Part shown: positions 32,455 through 41,978 of the stretch, in pieces | Position numbering within the stretch: position 1 is the stretch's first letter | How the letters are laid out: the number at the start of each line of letters is the position of its first letter | The notes under the pieces: generated by a model | Databases searched by the model: none | What the model saw: the letters and a program-made list of their open reading frames with translations, nothing else | What the model was told of the DNA's origin: nothing | IMG/VR virus record: IMGVR_UViG_3300014885_000004 | Coordinates: 1 to 49,361 of that record | Direction: 5' to 3' (one strand) | Length of the DNA: 49,361 nt | From: a virus | Lineage: Duplodnaviria > Caudoviricetes | Made by a program: the position numbers and the translations under genes

Positions 32455-34938
32455 GTGACAACGGATAAGCACCCCAACTGCGAAGGTTGCCCTTACGCCG
32501 CCATCGGTCAGGGATTCGTCCCTGGCCATGGCCCGGTAGACGCGAAGCTGGCCTTTATAGGGGAAGCCCCCGCCGCGGAGGAGCTCGGGTCCGGAAAACC
32601 GTTCCAGGGTCCGGCCGGCCGGGAGCTCAGCTCGCTCTGCGGGTCCGTAGGCTACGACCGGACTCAAGCCTTCACCACGAACGCCATCCGGTGTCGGCCT
32701 CCGGACCCGGATCACTCCGAGCGCGGCCCGCAGTCCGCTGGGAAAGAAGCCAAGCGCGCGTCGGAGCTCGCAGCGTGGGCCCGTGAGTGCTGGGAAAGGC
32801 ACGGGCGTGCGGAGCTCCAAGGGCTCACTCAAGTGAACGTCGTGGGGGCCTTGGGCGCGGTTGCCCTCCGGATGCTCCTCGGGCACCAGTCCATCCGCAA
32901 GCATCGGGGCTCCGTGTACCCGTACGTAATCGATGGCCGTGCGCGCAAGGTCATCGGCACGCTCCACCCCGCGTCCACCATGCGCTGGGATCGGGAGCGC
33001 AAGATGCGCTTCGCAGCCCGTGCGGACATCCGGCGCATGGTCCGGCAAGCGGAGACGCCGGAGCTCCCCGAGACTGGGGAACGGTTCACCATCGCACCCA
33101 CGTTCGAAGACGCTGTGATGTTCCTGGACCGCATCCTATCCCGGAAGCTGGAGGTCACGTATGACATCGAGACTACCGGGCTGAACATCGCCGACGCGGA
33201 CGTGATATGTATCGGGTTCGATGACGGCTCACAGAGCCTCTGCGTGCCCATCTGGAACGACGACGAGACGGAATACTGGCCGAGGGACCAGTTCCTGGAG
33301 ATCGTGGCCCGCATAGCCGCCATCTTCGCGGACCCGGCCATCGCCAAGGTCACCCAGAACGGGACCTTCGATGAATCTGTCCTCCTGCTCCGGGGCTTCG
33401 AGTTCGCCGGTCCTCGCCTCGACACGTGCTACCTGCACCACACCATCCTGTCCGAGGCACCACACCGGCTGGCGTTCCTTGCCTCTTTGTATACGTACCT
33501 CCCCTTCTACAAGGACGACGTCAAAGGGGACTTCGGCGGGTCCACGGCCGAGGGGGACTCCGACGCGGTGTTTCGGACGTATAACCTGCGGGATTGCCTT
33601 GCGACCCGGGTCACGAAGCGGTCCCTGGAAGCGCAGGCGGTCCGGTCCGGCTTGGACAAGTTCTACACCCGGGTAGTAATGCCTCTGCAGGCCGCGGCCT
33701 CGGACATGCAGGCGTCCGGCATCCCAGTCGACATAGAGCGACGCGACGAGATCTCCGAGTCCCTGAACAACCGCCTGGTGGAGCTCGAGGGACGCCTCCG
33801 GGGTCGGCTCGGTGAGAAGTGCCCTGGGAACCTGCGCTCCAAGGACGAGTGGGCGGTCCTGCTCTACGACGTGATGGGGTACCCGGTGAGGAAGCGTACC
33901 CCCCGGCTCGGGCGACCTTCCGTTGACATCGACGAGCTGAAGAGGATCTATCGGACCACCACCTCGGAGGAGGACAAGGACACGCTGCGCCTGCTCCTGG
34001 ACTTCAACAAGACGGATAAGATGCGGGGCACCTTCATCGATAACGTGGTGCCGAACTCGGACGGGCGGGTACGTCCTTCCTGGTCTATGCATGGTACCCC
34101 CACCGGCAGGTATGGGTGCAAGAATCCCGACATGCAGAATGTGCCGCAGGGCATCTGTCGGGAGATCTACGTCGCGGGGGAGGACCACATCCTCAGCTAC
34201 CTCGACTACCGGTCCTTCGAGATGTGGATCATCGCGCTGCTCTTCGACGACGACGCACTCTTGGAGACCCTGGAAGCGGGGAGGTCACCGCACCTCCAGA
34301 ACGTCGTGGACCTCGTCGGCGGGGTCACCTACGAGGAGGCGAAGCGGCTCCACAGTATCGAGGATCCCACCTTCGAGCGGACGTACGTCACCATCAAGAA
34401 TTACGGGTTCGGGAGTCACTACGGAGCGTCTCCCAACACCATCTACGAGAACATGTGCGCCCGGATGGATGATCCGCCCGACCTGGGCACTGTCATCTCC
34501 TATCAGGAGGCGGACATCGCGAGGCATCCGCAGATCGCGAGGGGCAAGCAGGCCATCCTGGATGAGGTACGGGAGACGCGGCAGCTCACGGGAATCCACG
34601 GACGACCCCGGACCTTCCTCGGCCCAGGCGCCGAGATCATGACGGAGGCCCTGAACTACAAGATGCAGAACGGGGCAGCGGACACGATGAACCTCGCCCA
34701 GGGGCTGATCTTCCAGGCCCTCGGCCGGGGGAGGATCATCTCCCAGAACCATGATGCGTTCCTGGGCCGTCACCATAAAGACGTATGGGAGGCTGAGGTA
34801 CGCAAGATGAAGGAGATCATGGAACGACCCATCACCTTCCGTAACCAGTGGGGGCACACCGTCACCCACTCGTTCTCCGTGGATGTGAAAGTCGGTCCCA
34901 ACTGGGGCCGCATGCAGGAGGTTCCCCAGTGGACTTGA
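32455..34938 (+). CDS. polA: Family A DNA polymerase with N-terminal family-4 uracil-DNA glycosylase domain and 3'-5' exonuclease
   Basis: UDG: CEGC, IGEAP, PFQGPAG, TNAIRCRPP, LHPA. Exo: DIET, NGTFD, YNLRD. Pol: TGR, QNVP, DYRSFE, K...FG..YG, HD. Confidence 0.92.
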   Translation: MTTDKHPNCEGCPYAAIGQGFVPGHGPVDAKLAFIGEAPAAEELGSGKPFQGPAGRELSSLCGSVGYDRTQAFTTNAIRCRPPDPDHSERGPQSAGKEAKRASELAAWARECWERHGRAELQGLTQVNVVGALGAVALRMLLGHQSIRKHRGSVYPYVIDGRARKVIGTLHPASTMRWDRERKMRFAARADIRRMVRQAETPELPETGERFTIAPTFEDAVMFLDRILSRKLEVTYDIETTGLNIADADVICIGFDDGSQSLCVPIWNDDETEYWPRDQFLEIVARIAAIFADPAIAKVTQNGTFDESVLLLRGFEFAGPRLDTCYLHHTILSEAPHRLAFLASLYTYLPFYKDDVKGDFGGSTAEGDSDAVFRTYNLRDCLATRVTKRSLEAQAVRSGLDKFYTRVVMPLQAAASDMQASGIPVDIERRDEISESLNNRLVELEGRLRGRLGEKCPGNLRSKDEWAVLLYDVMGYPVRKRTPRLGRPSVDIDELKRIYRTTTSEEDKDTLRLLLDFNKTDKMRGTFIDNVVPNSDGRVRPSWSMHGTPTGRYGCKNPDMQNVPQGICREIYVAGEDHILSYLDYRSFEMWIIALLFDDDALLETLEAGRSPHLQNVVDLVGGVTYEEAKRLHSIEDPTFERTYVTIKNYGFGSHYGASPNTIYENMCARMDDPPDLGTVISYQEADIARHPQIARGKQAILDEVRETRQLTGIHGRPRTFLGPGAEIMTEALNYKMQNGAADTMNLAQGLIFQALGRGRIISQNHDAFLGRHHKDVWEAEVRKMKEIMERPITFRNQWGHTVTHSFSVDVKVGPNWGRMQEVPQWT

Positions 34939-35693
34939 CGGATTTCCGTGTAGACTTCGCCTTGTCCTTCATGCCAGCGAAGCACCTAATCACGCTGGAC
35001 TCCTTCTCCGATTACGGGTTTGCACTTACGCACCTGGCCCTGCTTCACCCGGCCTACGCCGCGTGGTACCGCCGGCGGGGTAAGGTCCTCCTGGACAACT
35101 CCGTCGTGGAGCAGAACGGGCTACCCGCCTCCATGGAGCAGATCCTCGTCGCAGCGAATCTTGTCAACCCGGACCTGATCGTGCCGCCGGACTGGATCGC
35201 GGACCCGGTCGCAACCATGGTGGCGTATGAGGACTTCCTGGAAAAGGTTCCTCGCCCGGAACAGGTGGTCCGGGTCCTGGTCGGGGACGCCCGCTACATG
35301 ACACTCGGCTTCTACGCCAGCCCAAGGGCGAAGGTCTTCGCGCTACCGTACAAGTGTCCCAGGGTCGCGTTCCTCAAGGAGATGGTCCGACGGAAGGCGT
35401 CCCTCAGCACGCACCACTGGCACCTGTTCGGGTATACGGACCTGGAGGAGCTCCTGTCCTGTGTAGAGCTCCTGGCCTGGTGCGGTGTCCGGGGGCTGTC
35501 CTTCGACACTGCGAAACCTCTCACGTACGCGTACTCGGGGATAGAGTTCGGCCCACGCACTGTCTCGGGGGAAGCCCACCGACCAGGGTACTCGGAGGTG
35601 CTCCCCGACGCCGTGCTCCGGACCACCCTCCGGAACATCTCTTACCTGCGCCGGATGATCCGAGAGGGACTCGGTGAGCAGCTCGGATCGTGA
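34929..35693 (+). CDS. TGT/DpdA-like TIM-barrel protein (putative 7-deazaguanine insertion enzyme)
   Basis: VLLDNS, IVPPD, HLFG and SFDT line up with TGT-family catalytic strands; que genes nearby. Confidence 0.6.
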   Translation: MDLTDFRVDFALSFMPAKHLITLDSFSDYGFALTHLALLHPAYAAWYRRRGKVLLDNSVVEQNGLPASMEQILVAANLVNPDLIVPPDWIADPVATMVAYEDFLEKVPRPEQVVRVLVGDARYMTLGFYASPRAKVFALPYKCPRVAFLKEMVRRKASLSTHHWHLFGYTDLEELLSCVELLAWCGVRGLSFDTAKPLTYAYSGIEFGPRTVSGEAHRPGYSEVLPDAVLRTTLRNISYLRRMIREGLGEQLGS

Positions 35694-37242
35694 GACCGCG
35701 GGGGACATCCTAGCCAGGTTCCTAGAGCGGCTCCGCGGAGCAGACTGGACCCGGGCCACGGCGCTGCAAAAGGCCTCCGTGGTGAACTGGACCAAGGAGC
35801 ACCTGACCTTGGTCCCGGACCTGGGTACCCACGTCGCCAAGCATATGGGCATCCCAGAGTTCGACATGGAGCTCCTCCTGGCGATGTCCCCCGCGGACGT
35901 GCTCACCTCCTTTGAGTGGGCCGCGCTCAAGGACATGGGCCCGGGCTCGAACGTGCCCGTGGGCCGTACCTGGGACGTGTTCCCCCGGGACGGGTTCTTT
36001 GGTGACTACCTGGAATACACCCTCAACTCGGAGGCCCCGATCGAGTTCCACTTCTTCACAGCGGCGACGATCCTAGGCGTGGTCGCCAAGCGTAACTTCG
36101 TGTTCTACCTCGGCCACTCGGACATCTTCCCGAACCTCTGGACGGTCCTCGTCGCCGAGAGCGGCATCTGCCGGAAGACGTCCGCGATCAATATCGGGAA
36201 GAGGCTCCTCGACCACGTGAAGGGGGTCAACTTCATTACCACGTCCACCACCCCGGAGTTCCTCGTGGAGCAGCTCAAGGCCGAGGTGGACGGGACCACT
36301 TATGACGAGGGGAAGGACCAAGTGGACTTCCACTTCACCGCGTCCCAGGGGTTCATCGTGGCCCCGGAGCTACCCGTGTTCCTGGGGAAGCAACAGTATA
36401 ACGAGGGGTTGATCCAACGGCTCACCGACCTCTCGGATAACCCGCGAGACTGGAGCGCGGGGACCCGCCGGGAGAAGCGGGAGGAACTCAAGAACGTGTC
36501 CCTCAGCCTGGAGGGCGGCATCACCCCGGAGTCCCTCCGCACGGCCATTCCCCGCACCGCGCACGGGGGAGGCTTCATGTCTCGGATCCTGTGGATCTCC
36601 AAGGAGACGACGCCGCGGAGGATTCCCCTGCCCCCGCCACCGTCACCTCTCCTAAAGGCCAAGCTCCTGGATCACCTGGATCGGATCTCCCGCGCCGACC
36701 CGGCGATACTCACGTGTACCCGGGAGACCGCAGCTTGGTTCGCGGAGTGGTATAACGGGCTCCGGGATTCGGTGGAGGGCACGCAGAGGAAAGTGCAGGG
36801 GTACCTGGAGCGGAAACCTGCGAACCTGTGGAGGCTCGCAGCGCTCCTTGTCCTCGGGCAGACCAAGCACGAGATCCGGGAGGTGGAAGGTCGCCGGGAG
36901 TGTAACGTGCCCCTGGAGTGCTTGAAGTGGTCGGATCAGGTCCTCCAGGACATCGAAGAGCCCCTGTACCAGACCGTGAGCCAGGTGGACGCCACGGCGA
37001 CGGGGGAGGCCCTGGAGCGGGTCCGTCGCTCCTTGTACCGTCTCACGCAGAAGAGCCTACTCCGGCGGGTAGGGCACAGTGACCTCCTGCGATCCGTATC
37101 CATGTACATGAACACGAAGGAGCTACATGGGCACCTGCAAACGCTCCAGGCTTCCCACGAGGTGGTGACGGAGGAAGCCCTGAAGGCGGGGCACACCGTC
37201 ACCTTCTACAAACTGGGTCCGAAGTTTAGGAGTCGGTCATGA
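35674..37242 (+). CDS. DUF3987-like P-loop ATPase (putative replicative helicase)
   Basis: SEAP..FH, PNLWTVLVAESGICRKTSAI, TPEFL and GGFMSRILW. Confidence 0.7.
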   Translation: MSSSDRETAGDILARFLERLRGADWTRATALQKASVVNWTKEHLTLVPDLGTHVAKHMGIPEFDMELLLAMSPADVLTSFEWAALKDMGPGSNVPVGRTWDVFPRDGFFGDYLEYTLNSEAPIEFHFFTAATILGVVAKRNFVFYLGHSDIFPNLWTVLVAESGICRKTSAINIGKRLLDHVKGVNFITTSTTPEFLVEQLKAEVDGTTYDEGKDQVDFHFTASQGFIVAPELPVFLGKQQYNEGLIQRLTDLSDNPRDWSAGTRREKREELKNVSLSLEGGITPESLRTAIPRTAHGGGFMSRILWISKETTPRRIPLPPPPSPLLKAKLLDHLDRISRADPAILTCTRETAAWFAEWYNGLRDSVEGTQRKVQGYLERKPANLWRLAALLVLGQTKHEIREVEGRRECNVPLECLKWSDQVLQDIEEPLYQTVSQVDATATGEALERVRRSLYRLTQKSLLRRVGHSDLLRSVSMYMNTKELHGHLQTLQASHEVVTEEALKAGHTVTFYKLGPKFRSRS

Positions 37243-37751
37243 CCAAGGCACCGAGGAAGCGTCGTCTGTCGGCCATCCACAGGAAGGTTCAGGAGCTCGG
37301 CTGTCCCGGCCTGGGGGAGTACCTCTCCCGGCGATACGTCCAGGAAAAGGCCACGGTCGCGGAGATGGCCCAGGAGTGCGCGGTGAGGGAGAACACCATC
37401 AGGCGCCACCTACACCTGTACGGGTTCACGGTAGCGCCTGGTGGGACCCATCGTCGTCGGAAGGGGTATAACCAGGTCCGGCGTCGCGGCCGGAACATGA
37501 TCTGTCGGGTGTGCGGGGCCCTCCGTTATTACTCCCCCGCCCAGTTGGCTAACCTACAGGAGGCTAATTACATGTGCCGAGGATGCAGGAGTGACATGGC
37601 GTACTCGACCCTCTTCGCGGGGAACGGCAAGAAACCCCGGCCGGAGGACCTGGAGGAGTCCACGGTAGATCCGGACCTGGACCTGGACGAGTTGTTGGAG
37701 GAGGAGGAGGAGGAGGAGGAGCTCGAGGACGAGGAGGCCACCGATGTCTAA
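37239..37751 (+). CDS. HTH + Zn-ribbon protein with acidic tail (putative transcription regulator)
   Basis: TVAEMAQECAVRENTIRRHL; CRVC...CRGC; poly-Glu tail. Confidence 0.7.
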   Translation: MTKAPRKRRLSAIHRKVQELGCPGLGEYLSRRYVQEKATVAEMAQECAVRENTIRRHLHLYGFTVAPGGTHRRRKGYNQVRRRGRNMICRVCGALRYYSPAQLANLQEANYMCRGCRSDMAYSTLFAGNGKKPRPEDLEESTVDPDLDLDELLEEEEEEEELEDEEATDV

Positions 37752-38175
37752 GGAGGGACGTGCGACAGTACCGGTGTTCAGGAACCCTCACCGTCACTGC
37801 AAGTGTGGTGAGGAGATCCTGCGTACCTTCATCGTTGCCTGCGAGCAGATCCCCGGTGGGGGGGCGAATGCTCTCATGGAGCAGCTACAGCTGCTCCGGG
37901 GGAAGGTGCACCCTCGTTGTCCGGGGATGGAGATGCCGTCCCCGGACTGGAGGGCTATGGAGGTAGCCACCACGAAACTTATCGAGAAGGTCTTCACGGA
38001 GGAGGCGGAGAAGGAGGCGCCTAGCGACCTGCAAACGTCCACGGTCTGGTCCACCGTGCTCGAGGCGAGCTCCGCTCGATGTGGGAAGCACATCATAACG
38101 TCGATCTACCGCCTGTGGGAGGTCCTCGTAACCGGGAGGACACCGCCGTCGGTCGGGGGACTCCGACTTCATTAG
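37744..38175 (+). CDS. Hypothetical protein
   Basis: GAGGAGG SD; last plus-strand gene. Confidence 0.6.
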   Translation: MSKEGRATVPVFRNPHRHCKCGEEILRTFIVACEQIPGGGANALMEQLQLLRGKVHPRCPGMEMPSPDWRAMEVATTKLIEKVFTEEAEKEAPSDLQTSTVWSTVLEASSARCGKHIITSIYRLWEVLVTGRTPPSVGGLRLH

Positions 38176-41100
38176 CGTACTTCCACGCTCCGGGCCGTGA
38201 GATGCTTTGCCTTGATGAGTTCCCGGGTCAGCTCCATCCGCAACCTCTCCGTGTCGATTTCCCCCTCCTCCGCTTCCTTCAACGGGAAGAAGTACCGGGC
38301 CACGAACCTTGACTTATCCATGTGCTGGATGAGGTCCAAGGTGAGCTCCGGATCCGTAAGTGACAGTTCCACCCCCGCCTCGTTCAGCGCGTTCGCGAAG
38401 TCCCTAGCGCCGCCGTACCCGGGCACGAGATGCATCGGGATGTCCCAGAGGCGCCCCCGGTAGATGTCCGCCTCCGGCCCTTCCCGTGCCCCGGTGACCG
38501 GAGCCAGGAGCTGCGAGTTGAGAACCGTCATCAGATCGTTGAAGATTGGTCCACCCTCATAAGCGAGGGGGGAGAACCAGATCCAGTGGCCAGTGTCGAT
38601 CCCCAGCATGTCCTGGCCTACCACCGAGATAGCAGAGTTCGCCACCACCCAGCGGGTCCATTGTGCCGCTCCCTCGGACGGGCTCTCGGTCAGGGCGGTC
38701 CGTGCCATGTGCCGGAGGAAGTGCTGGTAGTTCAACGGCCACACGCCGAACTGACCGAAGGCTTTGCCCACGGTGCCGGAGAAGAGGCGAGGACGGTGAC
38801 CCGCCCGATACACCCAGTTCGTGTCTTCCTGGAACCGAAAGGACATCAGGCGGCGGATATCCGCCTCCTTCCCCACCACGGCGCCCGGCTGGATGAACAT
38901 CTGCCGGAGGACGCCTCGCTGCTCTGCCGGGGAGAAGGACCGGAGTCCCGCCTCCCGGAAGTAGCTCGCGATCATGGATGGGCTGGGCATCGCCCTGCCG
39001 GGTTCGAGCCCAGCCTCCGTCATTCGCCCCTTGAGTCGGTCGAAGGCCCAGGTCATCCGGGCGTCCTGTCCGTAGTACGCGACCGCCCGGCCGATGGCAT
39101 CCCCGATGCGTACCCCGGTCATCCCGATTTCCGTGCCGCGGATGAATCGTTCCGTAGTCTTGACGAGAGCCCGGCCGACCGGTCCCGCCTCGGGGGAGGT
39201 CTCCAGGGTGCGCGCCAGGCTCTGCTCCATGTACGGCAGGTAATCGTCCAGGGTGACCCCGATCGTCCGGAGTTCCTCGCGCATGGAGACCCAGGGTCCC
39301 CGAGGATCCTTCGCCCCGGCCGCTGCACGGCGGATGCCCTCCCCCGTGAACCGGGCGCCGAGCCGGGGGTAGACCACGGTAGGGATCTGGAACAGCTGTC
39401 GGATCGCGGAGCCAGGGCGCCAGCCCATGAGAGATCCGTAGGTCGCTGCGATGTACACGTCCACGAAATCGTTCGACGCGGTGGTCTCCGGGTTGATCCC
39501 CAACCGCTCCAGGAAGGCCTTGAATCCTTCCTGCATGTCCCGCTTGAGCGGATCCGCAGCCCTCGTCACCTCATTGTAGAACTGCTGGGCGGTGATCCGA
39601 ACCGTGGTAGGATAGAACAGCTTCCCTTCCCGGTCCGGGCCGTATCCGGGATCCGTGCCCTTCCACCGGCGCTGGGTGAACTCCTTCAACATGGCCCGGA
39701 GGGGCTCCGCCATGTAGCGCCGTTCCGCGGAGGCCCGCATCACCTGGAACATGAACTGTTGAACGTCTGTGGTCTTGGACGGGTGCCAACCAGCCCGGAG
39801 CAGATCCGCATGGAAGGCTTTCACCCGCCCGAGGCCGGGCTGCATCCACCCTTCCACGTCCAGGAACTCGGCCTGGGAGATCAGCCCCCGCTCCTTGGCT
39901 GTCTTAGGGGACAGATGCCTGCCGTGGGCAGCGACTGGCAACCGGCGTAGGCGCGGGAGCCAGTTCCGCAGGTACGTGTTGATCTCTGATTCCCGGAGCT
40001 GCGGCCCACCTCCATAGCGTGCCTGGATCGACTTCGGCACTCGCCACTGGTTGATCAGGACCTTCGCGAGGCCCTCCAGTTGATCCACAGCCCTGCGGGA
40101 GTACGCGGACACCGTCTCAGAGGCGGGAGTCTCCCGATACCCGATCGTGGGCGGGACCGTGGGTACGGAGGTAGCCTGGGACCGGGCTCCCCCCACGCCA
40201 TAGGGCCTGGTGGGATCCCGAGGAGCTCCGGTCAGCGCCTCGTACAGAAGCTTCCTCACAGCCGCGTCTCCGGTGGGTGCCGCCTCCGCAGAGAGCGTGC
40301 CAAGTTCCTTCCCTGACACCGGATCGTAGACCTTACGTAGCCCGGTCCCCCGTACCGTGGCGTAGGAGGGTACCCGCTTCACTATCGAGTCGATGTACCG
40401 GGTTACCCGCTCCGAGTTATCCGTCCAGTACCTGCGTACGTTGAACACGGCGTCGTCGACCCGTTGCACGGCGTCGAAGATCCGAATGCGTGGGTAACGA
40501 GACTGGATCTTTGCCGCCCAGGGCTTGGTCGGGTCCGTGTACCGGGAGAGCCACTCGCCGAACTTGAGGCGGGTGGGCACCCCGGAACTGGGGATCGAGT
40601 CGCTCCCGATCTGCAGGCTCGTAGCCAGGTGCTGCCCCACGGGCGTAGCCAGGAGACCCTCGTCCTTGTGGAGCATCTCCGTTGCCCAGGCGCGCTCGGT
40701 CTTACCCGCGAGCATGTCGATGAACTTCCCCACGGAGGGGGAGATGACCGTGCTTTGGAAGAGCTGCCAGAGGCGGCCGGCTGCTGGGCCGAGAGCCCCC
40801 ACGACGGTTCCCAGAGCGGCGGAGGTCCCCACATCCTCCAGGTCCCGGGCCCCGGTCCCCACCCTGTAAAGGTCCACGGCAGCCGCCGCGCCACCCATAG
40901 CGAAGCCCTGCGCGGCCATCTTGGCCAGGAGTCCGGTGTGCGTGGCGAGCCATGCCGTCGGCGTGAGGAAGTTATACACCCGGCCGTAGGGAACGCCCCA
41001 GGTACCTAGCCAGCCAGCCCATTCTCCGGCCATCACCGCGGAGTCCGGCCCGTGCATCTGGAGCGCCCGTTGCTCCTGCATCGCCTGCTGCTCCAGGGCC

Positions 41101-41978
41101 TCCCCCACCGTCACCTGATCCGTAACCTCGTAATCCGTGGCATCCAAGATGAACGCGAGCACCCGGGATGCCGGGATCGCGGCCAGGTTATTCAGCGTGG
41201 GGGCGGCGGCGAGCCTGTCCCGTGACAAGCGCACCTTGACCCGCTCCCCGTCCACGTCCGGAAGAAGCCTCTCGATCTCGTAGGGCCCGGGAATACCCCC
41301 ACCGAGCATGGTCTCGAGGCTGGCCACTTCCTCCTCTGTGGGGAGCTTCCCCTCCGGGAGGTGAATCACCGCTTCCATGAGCCCGGGCCCCGCAACCATC
41401 TCGGCGGCCGAGCGGAAGGCGGAGCGGATGCCGGCTTCCCCGAAGGTCCTCCACCAGCCAACGCGATCGTACCCGTCCACAGGGGTGTCATAAATCAGCT
41501 CCCCCGAGGCGCGGTACGCGTCCAGGACCTTATACTGCTCTGCCGGGGGCAGGGCCTGGTAGGCCTCATCCATGAGCAGTGCTGAGGAGAACACGCGGGG
41601 GGGCGGTTCAGGTTCCTGGAGGGTAGCCTGGGTCCATCCCTCCTCCAGGCCAGGGAGCGGTTCCGGGGGCTGCGGGCCAGGTGTGACCTCCCCAGGAACC
41701 AGGGACTCTGTCAGGGACAACTGGCCCTGGCTAGGCTCCATCTCGGGGGGGAGCCCCTCCCGTCCGCTCCGAGGGACGAGCTCGATCCCGGGCCAGGTCT
41801 CCCGGGCCCCGGCCAGCTCCTGGAACTTGGACGTCCCCCGGACCCGGGTCTTGGGCTCTCCCGGAATCTGCAGGTCGTAGCCACCCGCCCCCGCCTGTTC
41901 CGCTACGAACGCCCAGTCCTCGTCGGATGCCGGCGGGAACTCCTTAAGCGCCGCGTTGAGCTCGTCTAGGTCCCTCAC
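38172..41978 (-). CDS. Large internal virion (ejection) protein, 1268 aa
   Basis: Size and terminal position in a podovirus operon; C-terminal GQFGVWP...LVPG pattern. Confidence 0.7.
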   Translation of the reverse strand: MRDLDELNAALKEFPPASDEDWAFVAEQAGAGGYDLQIPGEPKTRVRGTSKFQELAGARETWPGIELVPRSGREGLPPEMEPSQGQLSLTESLVPGEVTPGPQPPEPLPGLEEGWTQATLQEPEPPPRVFSSALLMDEAYQALPPAEQYKVLDAYRASGELIYDTPVDGYDRVGWWRTFGEAGIRSAFRSAAEMVAGPGLMEAVIHLPEGKLPTEEEVASLETMLGGGIPGPYEIERLLPDVDGERVKVRLSRDRLAAAPTLNNLAAIPASRVLAFILDATDYEVTDQVTVGEALEQQAMQEQRALQMHGPDSAVMAGEWAGWLGTWGVPYGRVYNFLTPTAWLATHTGLLAKMAAQGFAMGGAAAAVDLYRVGTGARDLEDVGTSAALGTVVGALGPAAGRLWQLFQSTVISPSVGKFIDMLAGKTERAWATEMLHKDEGLLATPVGQHLATSLQIGSDSIPSSGVPTRLKFGEWLSRYTDPTKPWAAKIQSRYPRIRIFDAVQRVDDAVFNVRRYWTDNSERVTRYIDSIVKRVPSYATVRGTGLRKVYDPVSGKELGTLSAEAAPTGDAAVRKLLYEALTGAPRDPTRPYGVGGARSQATSVPTVPPTIGYRETPASETVSAYSRRAVDQLEGLAKVLINQWRVPKSIQARYGGGPQLRESEINTYLRNWLPRLRRLPVAAHGRHLSPKTAKERGLISQAEFLDVEGWMQPGLGRVKAFHADLLRAGWHPSKTTDVQQFMFQVMRASAERRYMAEPLRAMLKEFTQRRWKGTDPGYGPDREGKLFYPTTVRITAQQFYNEVTRAADPLKRDMQEGFKAFLERLGINPETTASNDFVDVYIAATYGSLMGWRPGSAIRQLFQIPTVVYPRLGARFTGEGIRRAAAGAKDPRGPWVSMREELRTIGVTLDDYLPYMEQSLARTLETSPEAGPVGRALVKTTERFIRGTEIGMTGVRIGDAIGRAVAYYGQDARMTWAFDRLKGRMTEAGLEPGRAMPSPSMIASYFREAGLRSFSPAEQRGVLRQMFIQPGAVVGKEADIRRLMSFRFQEDTNWVYRAGHRPRLFSGTVGKAFGQFGVWPLNYQHFLRHMARTALTESPSEGAAQWTRWVVANSAISVVGQDMLGIDTGHWIWFSPLAYEGGPIFNDLMTVLNSQLLAPVTGAREGPEADIYRGRLWDIPMHLVPGYGGARDFANALNEAGVELSLTDPELTLDLIQHMDKSRFVARYFFPLKEAEEGEIDTERLRMELTRELIKAKHLTARSVEVR

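Noticed and set aside
38172-41978. Tape measure protein or virion RNA polymerase
   Set aside because: No siphovirus tail tube or chaperone genes and no RNAP catalytic motifs seen; podovirus ejection protein fits better
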